Positions 1-11,945 of a DNA stretch of 64,000 bases are shown here, piece after piece; position 1 is the stretch's first letter; each line of letters begins with the position of its first letter. Location: contig NC_092395.1 of NCBI RefSeq assembly GCF_030028105.1, positions 43,738,459 through 43,802,458 of the forward strand. The letters are read 5' to 3'. The position numbers and the translations under genes were made by a program. The notes beneath the pieces were generated by a model that was not told the DNA's origin, searched no databases, and saw nothing but the letters and a program-made list of their open reading frames with translations. Origin of the DNA: Mobula birostris (taxonomy: Eukaryota).

Positions 1-743
1 AGTGGCTCTGCAAATGGAGAGAGGATAAGGGTTCAGCCTAGGAAGCATTGGCGGAGTGGGTGGGGTTGGGAGGGGAAAGAAGGGAAGGCGATGGGTACTG
101 TTGAGAGAGTAATGGAAAGCAGATCCAGAACTAATCTGAACCAAATCCTGAGCTACATTGTCTCTGGACTCCTGCACCACAGGCCATCACTCAATAGATA
201 ATTGAGAAACAGAATTTAAACATCAATCCTTGTGACCCGGTCTTTACTTCAACCGTCTCAGATAACCAGACTGTCCAGTTTATGTCAGTATTGGTCATTT
301 CTGGCAAAAACTCATCAGCTCAGAAAGTAACTACAAATTATTCCTCTTTCCACCAATGCTGCCCTAGAAGCTGAATATTTCCAGCCACGTTTATGTTCAT
401 TTCCTTTACTAACCTTCCCAGAATCAGCTGTTTTGTTCACAATTTACATCATAGAGACAGAGAACCGTCAACCTACCACTCTGTCCCCGATCCTTTCCAG
501 TATCTCCGCAATGGAACTTTCTGTACCTCGTTGCTGATACTGTATTCGGTGTCCAAGGCTGCTGGAGAGATTTCCTAAACTTCACGAACCAGAGAGAGAT
601 GAGTCTCCTCTCTCTTCCCTCCTCCAACTCAGTATCAGAATAGGAAAAACATGAAAGAAGACAAAATGCACACACGGTCTTTATTGGTAGTTAGTCATCA
701 TTACGATTTGTTAGTCTGATACTGATAATCTATCACAATAATA

Positions 744-749
744 TTTATT
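744..749 (-). promoter_or_regulatory. Candidate polyadenylation signal (AATAAA) of the IgL C exon
   Basis: TTTATT on the + strand, ~280 nt downstream of the C-exon stop codon; a second TTTATT lies at 680-685. Confidence 0.4.
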
Positions 750-1030
750 AATTGTTCTAATTAAACCAAACACAATTTCAGAGAAAATTATTCACTGCCT
801 GAAATTTCCAGGAGCCAAGTAACTGTCAGTGTTACCACCGTGTAGCCTCTCAGTAAGAAAAAGAACAAAATCAGCCTCGGGTACAAATATTCCAACATCA
901 AAGTGGAAACTACAGAGAGCGGAACAGAAGGGAAGTACAGGGAAGAGCGAGTAAGAGCGGTAGAGGTGAAAGATACAAGGCCATGATCTCCCGTTAATCA
1001 AGAACAAACAAGGCCGAAGCCGCGCTCTGT

Positions 1031-1353
1031 TTAACAGCTGGATTGTGTGACTGTTGCGGATATTGTTGAGGCTGCTCCTTGTTGAACTGAGCAGGAGTAC
1101 CTCTTCCCACTGCTCCAGTCTGCGCTGGGCACCATCAGGTAGCTGCTGAGACTGAAGGTTTTGTCCGCTTTCTGAGTCAACCCGCTGGTTTGCACCTCAC
1201 TGCTCGTCGGACTGTCGTTCACTGTCCAGCTGATGACAGGGAAGCCGATCAACAATTTACTGACCAGGCAAACTGAGGTGCCCGTTCCTTTAGCTGAGAT
1301 CTCCACAGCTCACAGCCCAAGTAGTTTCACTGAAGGGTCCGTGAGTTGCCGAG
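1031..1353 (-). pseudogene. Immunoglobulin light-chain constant exon (C1-set; chondrichthyan sigma/sigma-cart-like), with premature stop
   Basis: A polypyrimidine tract and AG acceptor (ttcttttgttctcattcAG) lead into phase-1 xRQLTDPSVKLLGL*AVEISAKGTGTSVCLVSKL..ISWTVND..FSLSSYLMVPSADWSSGKRYSCSVQQG..TVTQSSC-TAA. Both Ig cysteines, the core Trp and the terminal interchain Cys are present. An in-frame TGA lies at 1310-1312. The isotype call rests on recalled similarity only. Confidence 0.85.
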
Positions 1354-1399
1354 CTGAATGAGAACAAAAGAAGATGTGTTTCAATACGCAAAATATCTC

Positions 1400-1760
1400 T
1401 CGTCATTCTTTTTACAAAATTATAAAAGTTTATTTACATCATATATACACAAAGTACAGACTTTCAATATTTACAAGACAGTAAGTATACTCAGATTAAA
1501 GTATGGTTACTACCGTCTATAAAACAGTCAATACCCTTTGGGGCCTATTGCCCCCATTCCTCCGTAGTTTGACAGAGCACAAGTAGAATGTTTTAGCTTC
1601 ATCGAGTGGGGCTGTTAGTCTCTCTGAAAGACAGCGCAGTGCCCATGGAGGACAGTGCATATTGCTTATACTGGAATACTGGAAATCTACTCCAATGGGT
1701 GAGGCTTTTTGGCGTTGATTCACCCCGGAATTGAGAGACGCACTGGCACCAAAGCGCCCC
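1400..1760 (-). mobile_element. Probable degraded L1/Tx1-like LINE 3' end
   Basis: T-rich end and composition resembling the reverse strand of Tx1 3' regions; no diagnostic ORF. Confidence 0.3.
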
Positions 1761-2262
1761 CAGAGTAATTAAGTCCCACTCTCTGTGCCATCAGTGACAC
1801 ATTCCTCCTCTTCCCTCCAACCCTCCCACCCGTCACTAATGGCTCCGTTGCTACAAACATCTCACAATCTGCTCAAATGAGCAGGTGGAGAGGATGCAAG
1901 GACTGGGCAGCGGGAGAGGGTCTTTTAATTGATGAGTACTGGAGGAGAGTTCCACCCTGATTGGGAGGACAGCAAGTCCAGTAAATGTCTGAAGGCTGTT
2001 TCGCGGGAATGTGCGAAACATAAGAAACTTGTTGTTCTGATGTATTGTCATAGACTGTCTTCAGCCGGCAATGTCCTGCCCTACTGTGTCCCTTCTCATT
2101 CGCTCCTATCAAAGCAAGATAAAAACTGACAAACTAACACTAGAACAGAAATAACACTAATGATCAGAAAGTGTTAAATCATAGTTTGTCCAAAAACGCA
2201 ACCGAAAAGAGAAATGTTTCATTAAGAGATGGTAACAATTCACTGAACACAACTGTCTCCCA

Positions 2263-3882
2263 TGTGACGGTGTCCTGAATTACCCTTATGAACTGTGCTT
2301 TTGAAAAGAGATAGAGGGAGGTATTTAACATCGACATGTCGTTTTGAAAAGAGAGAGAGAGACAAAGACTAACTTTTGGACTGTCACTTTAAGGCACGAG
2401 GAGGAACTGAGAATAACTTTTGGATTTCTGCTGAGCTGGAGAGAGAGAGAGCACCCAGCAGCTCGTAAGTCGCTATGCTGACCGAGGGTGGAGTTACTTG
2501 ATGGACAATTGATGTTATGATTTTTCGGCAGCGTATTTGTACTTCCCAAGGACATTTGCCTGCTTGTACATTTGTTACACAGACAAAGGAAGGAGGAGTT
2601 ATTTGAGAGACAGTTGGTACTCAGTACGGTGAGATAAATAGAAGGTCAGATGATAGACCTCAGGCACATGTTTTTGGACACTGAATGAGCTTTGTTGTAC
2701 CCACAGAAAAAGTGGGTTTTTGGAGGATCGATCAGGCGGATTGATCAGTGGCTCTTGCAGTGAGAAAAGGGATTGACCGGTGGGGAGTTGTCCATGTGTC
2801 CAGCCTTGCCTGGGTTGATGGCTCCACCACAGAAAAACAGTCCCCTTTGTTGTGGTCACAGTCAGTGACTTTTAAAGGATTTCAGAGGACAATGGGAAGA
2901 TCGACGGCGTCAGCTCACCTGAAGACTCAAATCTCTCCCTTTCTACTCAACTCAACTCAACACCGCGAATTGAACTGAACTTTACTCATTGTCATAAGAC
3001 TATCTATTTACCCCTGGACTTGAAGAAGCTTGGCTTTCATATATAAATTTTCCACACTGACTGATTTACTTACTTATGTATAAACATTGCGAACCTGTCT
3101 GATTGATCTACATTTATATTACTGTATTGCGTAGCTACTAAGGGAGGGAGGAGAAGATGGCGGCGCGACACAGTGTGCGCAGCCATTCCAAATGATATCG
3201 ATATGTGTAACTAGGGGTGCTGTGCACAATCCGGATTTGATGGAGACAGCCGTGAGAAGTGCAAAGGAACATCTGTAATAACTTCTGAAATGCCTGCTTC
3301 ACTGCTGTTGCTACTGTGCGATCGAGAATCTCCAGAGACGAAGGCCCCAAATCCTCGGCTTTGCATATCGCCTGTTGCTGGGGCCAGGGTCAAAGTGCTC
3401 GGCAGAGATGGTGCTCGGTGCTCGGTGTTGGGAGGTGGTTGGAGGCTCGGAGTTTTTCGGACAGACTCGGACTCGGACTGTGATCGAATGCTTCCAGAAT
3501 GCTGCACCGGCAAGTTGGCGGCACTGGAGGTTTACCGTCTGCATGAGATGATGGGACTTTCGAGAGTCTTTGAGACTTTTACTGTGCCATGGTCTGTTCT
3601 TATCAAATTATGGTATTGCTTTGCACTGTTGTAACTATATGTTATAATTATGTGGGTTTTTGTTAGTTTTTAAGTTGGGTTATCATGTGCTTTTGTGATA
3701 TCATTCTGGAAAAAACATTTTATCATTTCTTAATGCATGCATTATTAAATGACAATAAAAGGGGACTGCGTGTCCTCATAATCATAATCATCATGATAAA
3801 TATTATTAGTTAATAGCAATACTGGACTCCAAAGTGTTTTCCATTTCTGCTGGTTTGTTAACCCATCATGAGGTACGTGACA
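2263..3882 (+). repeat. 5' LTR (TG...CA), interrupted by a SINE-like insertion
   Basis: Matches 9292-9990 closely; ends GTGACA just before the PBS. Confidence 0.9.
3142..3795 (+). mobile_element. Non-autonomous retroposon (SINE-like or LINE 3' UTR), copy 1
   Basis: Starts gggagggag..aagatggcggcgcg and ends AATAAAA plus an (AATCAT)n tail; homologous to 33478-34107; interrupts the LTR. Confidence 0.75.
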
Positions 3883-3886
3883 AAAT

Positions 3887-3904
3887 TGGGGGCTCATCCG
3901 GGAT
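3887..3904 (+). promoter_or_regulatory. Primer-binding site, tRNA-Pro type
   Basis: TGGGGGCTCATCCGGGAT, one mismatch from the canonical tRNA-Pro PBS TGGGGGCTCGTCCGGGAT. Confidence 0.85.
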
Positions 3905-5676
3905 ATGAACAGATTGGTTGGGAGGCTTGTTTGAATTGATTGGGGAAAATCCCTTTTGATTTTCTTGTGTGGAAATACAGCAGAAATGGATGTTAGTGTT
4001 GAGAAGTTTATGCTGGAACCAACCCCAGAAGCGTTGGATGATGCTACGAGTGTTGTGCTGTTGGCAATTGCTCAAAAGTTAAGACTAAAGGTGACCACTA
4101 AGATAAGGAAAGCTCAGATGCAGACGGTAATAGCCCAGCATTAGATAGCTAAGGGAACGCTTGATGAGGAGGCGTTAGAGTTATTTGCTGAAGGTAAGGT
4201 ACTTACTGAGGCTGAGGTTCAGTTGCGATTGAAATTGAAACTAAAACAGCTCGAGGCTGATGAAGCAGAAAGGCAGAGGATCCATGAGGCTAGAGAGGCA
4301 GACAAACAGAGAGAAGAGGCAGAAAGACAGAGACAGTTTGAAAGGGAGATGAGGCAGCTGAGAAGTTTAGTGTCAGACCCTGATGATTTTTACAGCTCGG
4401 ATGTGATGAATTTAAAAGTTGTGTCCCTGATGATGTAAGGGCAAACCTAGGTTTGGAGGATGTTGCCACCCTGTGGGGGTCTGCTAAGAAAGCAGACGAA
4501 CATGTTATAACCCACGAGCTTGAGTTTACTCCAGATGAGAGTTTGCCAGAGAATAGCTGGGAGGTTAGGGGTGACCTTGAATTTGAAACTGGGACAAGTG
4601 ATGAAATCCCAGAAGAGGCAGTTGTCCTGATTGCCTATGTTCAGGTTGTTGAAGTACCTGTGAATTCACAGGGTTCTGAACCTTGTGTTGAAGCTCAGTT
4701 AAAGTCTGAGGTGTCTGATTTGGTTGGAAAGGAATGCAGTTTTTTTGTGTCAGATGATCTTGGTTCAGTGAATAAGGGGATAACCTTGGTACCGGTGGAA
4801 TGTGAGGGTTCTCAGACACTTGTATTAGACAGTGAGCTAAAAGTTAATGATGAGGTGAAAATTGATGAGGTAAGTTTTACTGAAAATAAGGGGAAAAGTG
4901 CTGTTCCTGGACTTTTGAGTAAAGTGCTGGGAAAGCTTGGATTTGTTGCACGACCTTTGACCCTGCTTGCAGAACAGAGGTCTGCTGAGGGAGGATGTGC
5001 TACTCTGTGGAATTTTGTTTGGACATTTGGATGTACACACCTGCAAGGTTATGATGTTGTGAAGAATCAAAATTGTTATGGTTTTGGGGTGGAAGTTGTT
5101 ATGGAAACAAGTCGAAGTGAAAGTCATAATCAGATGAACGGATTGTTTGGTCTATTCCACAATGTATACATGGTTCTTATAAGTCTGGTGATGGTGCTAA
5201 GTTTAGTAAACAATGGAGGAATTTTGAAACCTCTCCAAGATAAGGTCAATATAGCTGTTCAATTAATGAGCAAAGTTGCTGTTGAGAATTCACACAGAAA
5301 GACTGATATTTATCTCACATGTGCAGATAATCGAAGCATGTTTAGGAAGCCTGTAGGGGCCTATGATAGCAAAACCAGAGGTTTAAATTATGATGATGTG
5401 TCACAGACTTTTCTACCTTCCAGTTTTCCACAGGACTTAGAGGGTAGTAAAGCTGATGAGAGTAAAGTGTATGAGGAAGGTTTGTCTTTATTGAGGAAGG
5501 AATTTATAGAGGAACAGAAGGGAGATTCTGAAATGGTGGCTTTAAAGGAGATAGCCCTCACAGGAGAGGAGGTTCAGAGAGAGTCAGTTGGATATTATCT
5601 TAAAGATGGGGTGTTGATATGGAAGTGGAGACCAGCCACTGTGTGTACAAGTGAGAATTGGGTTATTGAACATTAA

Positions 5677-6309
5677 ATGGTGGTTTCGAAAGTTTACAGG
5701 GCTGAAATTTCAAGCATGGCTCACAGTATGTCTTTAGGTGGACCTCATGGAGTGAGAAAGACAGTGAACAGGGTTATGAAAGAATATTACTGGCCTAGTT
5801 TAAGGAAGGATGTTGTGAATTTTTACAGGACTTGCCATACTTGTCAAGTTGAGGGGAAATCTAAACAGGTTATTCAAGCCATACTACTTAAACCGATACC
5901 TGCTTTTGGTGAACCTTTTTCTGGGGTCATAGTGGATTGTGTAGGTCGATTGCTAAAGACTGCAGCTGGTTATCAGTATGTGTTAACAATTATGTGTGCT
6001 GTGTCTAGGTCCCCTGAAGCCATGTCTTTTGAAAACATCAAGGCCAAGATTGTGGTGAAGGCATTCAGTAAGTTTTTCACACTGGTAGGACTGCCCAAAG
6101 AAATTCAATTTGACCAGGGCAGTAACTTTACTTCAAGAACATTCCAGGGGATAGTTAGAGAATTGGAAGCTAGGTACATGGTGTCATCTGCATATCACAC
6201 AGAGCCCAATTATCACACAGAGTCCAAGGTAGCCTTGAAATGGTTCAGCTCCACTCTTAAGACCATGATTAAAACATATTGTGTGAAAAATGGGGAAAAA
6301 CTGGGATGA
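5677..6309 (+). pseudogene. Retrotransposon integrase (degenerate)
   Basis: AHSMSLGGPH..CHTC zinc finger and the first two catalytic Asp motifs are present. The catalytic Glu region is degraded, and an in-frame stop separates it from the 4453-5676 ORF. Confidence 0.88.
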
Positions 6310-6552
6310 GAGGGGTTCCCCTCCTCTTATTTATTATTGGAGATTCTGTTCAGAAGCCACTGGAGTGTAGTCTATTGGAACCTGTGTGCAGTTACAGGCC
6401 AAAAGAACCTTTGACCCTACTCAGAGAACTATGGTCTGATTTGGAAACATGTCAGTGTGCTTAATTCTGTTTTAAAATTCAAGAAGGGATTTAATAATAT
6501 TTGTGACCTTGCATAGGAAGGTTTCCAGAGTGTTCGAATTAAAATAAAGCAC

Positions 6553-9162
6553 TTGTTTATTAGAATGGCACCTGGGAGAATTGTTATGGAACAGAATGGA
6601 GTCATAAAGGCTGTGGAATCTGATAATGGAACGAAAAAACATGTTTACCCACTGAATCTAGTATCCACAAGATGTCAGAATTCCATTGTTTTGAAAAATA
6701 TTACTGATAAGGTCTATAAGTTGGACCCTACACCACAAAACCTAGTGAAAGAACTAATTAGCAAGCATGGAGATTTATCTTCTGACATTCTGAAAGGGTG
6801 CACAGGTGCAGTGCATCATGTCATTATAAATTCAGCACAACCCATGAAACAGCATCTTTACAGAGTGAACTTTGAGAAAAGTAAAACGGTTGAAGAAGAA
6901 ATTAGAAACAAGAAAGAACAAGGAAACAGAATGGATGACTGTATTGATAGAGTGGGGAAGGCTAAATACCTTATAAAGATTGACTTGTTAAAAGGATGCT
7001 GGGGTGTTCCTTTAACAGAGAGGGCTAAAGAGATATCAGCATTTGTGATACCGTCTAGACCAGCGGTCCCGAACTACCGGGCCGCAGAGCATGCTCTACC
7101 GGGCAACGATATGATTTGGTGATAGGAGTCAGCTGCACCTTTCCTCATTCCCTGTCACGCCCACTGTTGAGCCATTACGCATGCGAGTTCATTACCCGTA
7201 CGTCATCCATTTCAGCGCAGGAAGAAGATCAACCGCTCAATCTTGCAAATGACTGGGGGCTGAAAAGTATGTTTGACATAACAACTCCGCTGGCATTATG
7301 GATCAAAGTCAAGGCTAAATATCCTGAGATAGCCACGAAAGCACTGAAAACGTTGCCTCCATTTCCAACGTATCTCTGCAATGAATGTAACAAAATCTAA
7401 ATTGCGGAATAGACTCGACATTAGGAACCCCGTTCGAGTATCGCTGTCTCTCGTCACCCTTCGATAGGACCGTCTTGTTGCAGGAAAACAATCCCAGGGC
7501 TCCCACTGATTCAGCGATATTGGTGTGTTGCAACGATTTCATATGTTCATATGGGGAAAATAAGTGCTGCGTGTTTAATATCCAAACGATACTTAAAATG
7601 TCATGATGCTATTGACTTATATAACCATATAACAATTACGGCACGGAAACAGGCCATCTCTGCCCTTCTAGTCCGTGCTGAATGCTACTCTCACCTAGTC
7701 CCACCGACCTGCACTCAGCTCATAACCCTCCATTCCTTTCCTGTCCATATATCTATCCAATTTTTCTTTAAATGATAATATCGATCCGGCCTCCACCACT
7801 TCTACTGGATGTTCGTTCAACATTTACTTCAAGCTCCCCTGTCCTCCCCTGATAATTGACTTATCACTATAGCCATGAGAGGAAAATATGCGCTGTGCGT
7901 TTAATATTAAATTCGTTAGATAAACCGTTTTAGAAACAAAATTGAGTGTATTAGCTAATTATCATCTATATTCCGGTCGTGATTAACACCCCCCCCGAAC
8001 AAAATTGCCAAAAACGATTTGTAGAAAAAAAATCGTACACGCATGCTGAAGTTACGTATGCGCACTGGTGCCTGTGCAGGGCTTCACGGTCATTGTAGTC
8101 TTTCTCGGGGAAAACCCAGAGTATTTGACTGCTACTCTTGTCCGTTGACAACCCTACCCGCCCCCACCCCCCGGTCGGCCGGTCGGCAAGAATATTGTCA
8201 ATATGAAACTGGTCCGCAGTGCGAAAAAGGTTGGGGACCCCTGGTCTAGACTGTATGAATACCAGGTTTTACCCTTCGGGATGAAAAATGCTCCAGGGAC
8301 ATTTCAAAGAATGATCAATTCTGTGATTAGAGCTTTAGAAAACACAGGCGCTTATATTGATGGTTTAGTGGTCTGGAATAACATGTGGAAACAGCATATT
8401 AGAGCGGTAGAAAAACTGTTTGACAGACTTTCCAAGGCCAATCTTACTGTGAACCTCTTCTAAAAGTGAGTTTGGCCATGCCACAGTCACATACCTGGGT
8501 TATGTGGTGGGCCAAGGCCTACTGGCTCCTGTAGAGGCCAAGGTTCAAGCTATTGCTGAGGTTCCTGTTCCAACCGGCAATAAAACTTTGAGATGGTTTT
8601 TAGGAATGGTTGGGTATTATCGTAAGTTTTGTAAGAACCTTGCTGACATCACTGTCCCCCTAACAAAACTCTGAGGAAAGAGTGAAAGATTTGTATGGAA
8701 TGACCTTTGCCAGGGGGCATTTGAACGTCTGAAAACCATCCTGTGCTCAAAGCACCAGGTTTTTCCAAGCCATTTTCTATAGCAACAGACGCTAGTGATG
8801 AAGCTGCTGGGGCAGTACTGTTACAGAAGGGTGTGGATGACATTCAACACCCAGTAGCTTATTTCTCAAAGAAATTCAATGTGCACCAGAAAAATTATTC
8901 AACTGTTGAAAAGGAATTGTTAGCTCTTATTCTGGCTTTACAACATTTTGAGGTCTATGTTCAGAAACCTCAAAATTTTTCTGATGCCCAGAGACCTCTT
9001 GTGGTTTACACGGATCATAATCCGTTGGTGTTTCTAACTAAGATGAAGGATAAGAATAGAAGGTTGTTAAATTGGAGTCTGATATTGCAAGAATGTGACT
9101 TAGAAATCAAACATGTGAAAGGTACTGACAATATTATAGCTGATTGTTTACCCAGATGTTAA
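6553..9162 (+). pseudogene. Retrotransposon RT and RNase H remnants, split by a hAT insertion
   Basis: RT reads ..ISAFVIPS|RLYEYQVLPFGMKNAPGTFQR across the insertion; RNase H ORF at 8743-9162. Confidence 0.88.
7061..8243 (+). mobile_element. Charlie-group hAT DNA transposon, internally deleted
   Basis: Perfect 8-bp TSD GTCTAGAC (7053-7060, 8244-8251) and imperfect CAG(C/G)GGTCCC.. TIRs. It carries a C-terminal dimerisation-domain remnant (WIKVKAKYPEIATKALKTL.PFPT.YLC) and a CR1 3' fragment at ~7620-7790. Confidence 0.92.
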
Positions 9163-9291
9163 ATTGGAAATTGTACACATTTTTGGTCTGTCATCAGATT
9201 ATCATACATGTATTGTTTCAAACTCTGTAATTTACATTTAGACTAAAAGAAAATTTCGCCTTCATCAATTTTTTTTTCTGAATGAAGGGGG

Positions 9292-9990
9292 TGTGACGGG
9301 ATCCTCAATTACCCCTATGAAGTGTGCTTTTGAAGAGAGAGAGAGAGAGGTATTTAACACCGACATGTTGTTTTGAAAAGAGAGAGAGAGCGACAAAGAC
9401 TAACTTTTGGACTGTCACTTTAAGGCACGAGGAGGAACTGAGAATTACTTTTGGATTTCTGCTGAGTTGGAGAGAGAGAGACAGAGTACCGAGCAGCTCA
9501 TAAGTCGCTATGGTGATCGAGAGCGGAGTTAATTGATGGACAATTGATGTTATGATTTTTCAGCAGCGTGTTTATACCTCCCAAGGACATTTGCCTGCTT
9601 GTACATTTCTTACACAGACAAAGGAAGGAGGAGTTATTTGAGAGTCAGTTGGTACTCAGTACGGTGAGATAAATAAGTCAGATGATAGACCTCAGGCGTA
9701 TGTTTTTGGACACTGAATAGGCTTTGTTGTGCCAACTGAAAAAGTGGGTTTTTGGAGGATCGATCAGGCGGATTGATCAGTGGCTCTTGCAGTGAGAAAA
9801 GGGATTGACCGGTGAGGATTTGTCCATGTGTCCACCCTTGCCTGGGTTGATGACTCCACCACAGAAAAACAGTCCCCTTTGTTGTGGTCACAGTCAGTGA
9901 CTTTTAAAGGATTTTGGAGGACAATGGGAAGATTGATGGCGTCAGCTCACCTAAAGACTCAAATCTCTCCATCACTACTCAACTCAACAC
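9292..9990 (+). repeat. 3' LTR, truncated
   Basis: Homologous to 2263-~2970; homology stops near 9990. Confidence 0.88.
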
Positions 9991-10374
9991 CACGATCTGT
10001 TCATCAAGATCTGGGATGAGGAGAAGATTCCAGCTGAACTCAGGGACGTCCTGACTGTCACACTCTTCAAAACAGCTGAAAAAGATGATTGCAAAAATTA
10101 CAGAGCCATCTCCCACTTCTCTACAGCAGGAAAGTTACTCATTGAAATTTGTGTCACGAGCTTTCACCTCTGGCAGAAGAATTGAATTAAATTGAATTGA
10201 ATTGACTTTCTTTCTTAATCCTTCACATACATGAGGAGTAAAAATGTTTATATTGTGTCTCCATATAAATATGCAAAGTGTAATCTTAATAATTCAAAAT
10301 AATTTATAATAAATAGAACAGAACACGTAACATAGAAATACACTCAAATCAGTGTGAGTTAATCAGACTGATAG

Positions 10375-10820
10375 TGTCATGGTCCGGTCCATGATATCCG
10401 TATTCCGGTTCATGGTCCACTCCATCGACGCTTGCTCCAGGTTTTTCTGTCGACCCTGTTTCTGTTCTTGTTGAGCTCTAATTGAGGCAGCTGATGCTCG
10501 TTGGGGCAGGCTGCATAAGTACCTTCAGAGACCAGGGCGTGGCTGCTGGGTTGTTCTTGTCCATACTCCTTGTATCCCTTCCTCTGCCTTCTGCTTCCTC
10601 GCCTGAAGCCCTGCCTTGTCTTGCTGGCAACTCTTGCCTCATGTCGCCTGCAGTTTTCCCCTCGAGCCACCCTGTACCTTGCTCCCTTCCTGTCCCTTGC
10701 CTCCGCCCAGGTAAGCCAGGCCATCTTGCCGTTACCTGCAGTTGTTTCTGTCCCTTCCTAATCCTTGCCTCCATCGGGTAAGCCAGGCCGTATTGTTGTT
10801 ACCTATGGTTGGTTCTGTCC
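10375..10820 (+). repeat. Partial Gypsy-type LTR
   Basis: Begins TGTCATGGTCCGG, the reverse complement of the terminus of solo LTR 52054-53223; C/T-rich degenerate internal repeats. Confidence 0.65.
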
Positions 10821-10859
10821 CTTCCTGTATTCCACAACTAGCTCTTTTGTTATTGCGAC

Positions 10860-11945
10860 ATTGAAGGAGAGATTGTTTTCTTGACAGCACTGTGACAGAG
10901 AGATGATTTCTGCCCTGTTGTCCACCATGTTATTGTTTGAGCTTAGGCCAATCAATGTAGTGTCCTTGGCAAAATTAATTAGTAGATCAGAGCTCTGGGT
11001 GATGACACAGTGGTGAGTATACAGGGAGTAAAGGAGGGGACTTAGTACAGCCCTGAGGGACTCCTATGTTGAGAGTCAGAGGGGTGGAGGTAAGGGAGCC
11101 CACTCTTCCCACCGGCGGCGATCTGACAGGAAATCCAGGATCCAGCTGAAGAAGGCAGGATCAAGGCCGAGGGCCCTGAGCATAGAAAAATAGAGGGCGA
11201 TAGGTAAGCCTTGTAATTTCTAAGGTAGGGACATGTTCGGCACAATCTCGTGGGCCGAAGGGCCTGTTTTACGCTGTAGGTTTTTTTATTTTTCTATGTT
11301 TATATGTTTCCTGTCAGGTCAGGATGGAATTATGGTATTGAATGCAGAACTGTATTCCAACAAGAGCATTCTCACATAAACATCCTTCTTCTCCAGACGT
11401 GTAAGGGTGGTATGTAGAGCAGTGCCTATTGTGCCGTCTGTCAATCTGTTGTGTCGGTAGACAAACTGTAAGGGGTCGAGTCTGGGTGGTAGCATGCTGC
11501 AGATATAGTTCTTGACTAGCTTCTCAAAGCACTTGTGTATTATTGAGGTGAGCCCGACAGGATGCCAGACGTGCAGGCATGTTACTTTGGTCTTTTTTGG
11601 TACAGGGGCAATGGTGGATAATTTGAAGCAAGAGGGCATCCTACACTGGGAGAGGGAGAGATTAAAATGTTTGTAAACACACCTGCCAATTGTTCTGTGC
11701 ACATCTTGAGTACTCGCCTTGCGACTGTCAACCCATCGGAAACATCAGTGTACCTCAGCCTCAGAGCCGATGAAGCTGCAGGTTATAGTGGTGGCTTTCC
11801 TCGGGGGCTCAGAGTTAATGACATCGAACCGAGCAGAAAAGCAATTGAGCTCATCTGGGACAGAGGCCGCGATGTTGACGGCACCACTATGTTTGGTGCC
11901 TGTGTTTACTACCTCTTGCCTGAGCCTCAGTGCGGCTTCCGTCCA
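10860..11945 (-). mobile_element. Rex1/Babar-like LINE RT fragments, with a CR1 3' tail at ~11210-11310
   Basis: PSCFKLSTIAPVPKK..LDPLQFVYRHNR..YVRMLLLEYSSAFNTIIPS is a typical Rex1 RT segment. Confidence 0.8.

Larger units (their letters stand above)
2263..9990 (+). mobile_element. Gmr1-like Ty3/Gypsy LTR retrotransposon (defective; domain order gag-PR-IN-RT-RNaseH)
   Basis: Direct LTRs start TGTGACGG at 2263 and 9292. tRNA-Pro-type PBS at 3887-3904; PPT (GAAGGGGG) at 9284-9291. Integrase (HHCC, VIVDCVG, IQFDQGSNF) lies upstream of RT (KIDLLKGCW..LPFGMKNAPGTFQR..YIDG) and RNase H (ATDAS..YSTVEKELLAL..VYTDHNPL..ADCL). Confidence 0.92.

Noticed and set aside
2170-2210. Minus-strand TTCGGT..GGACAAACT resembling a J segment
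   Set aside because: Translates FGCVFGQTMI rather than FGxGT; no splice donor or RSS.
3887-3904. tRNA-like sequence
   Set aside because: Only an 18-nt primer-binding site; no cloverleaf, so not a tRNA gene.
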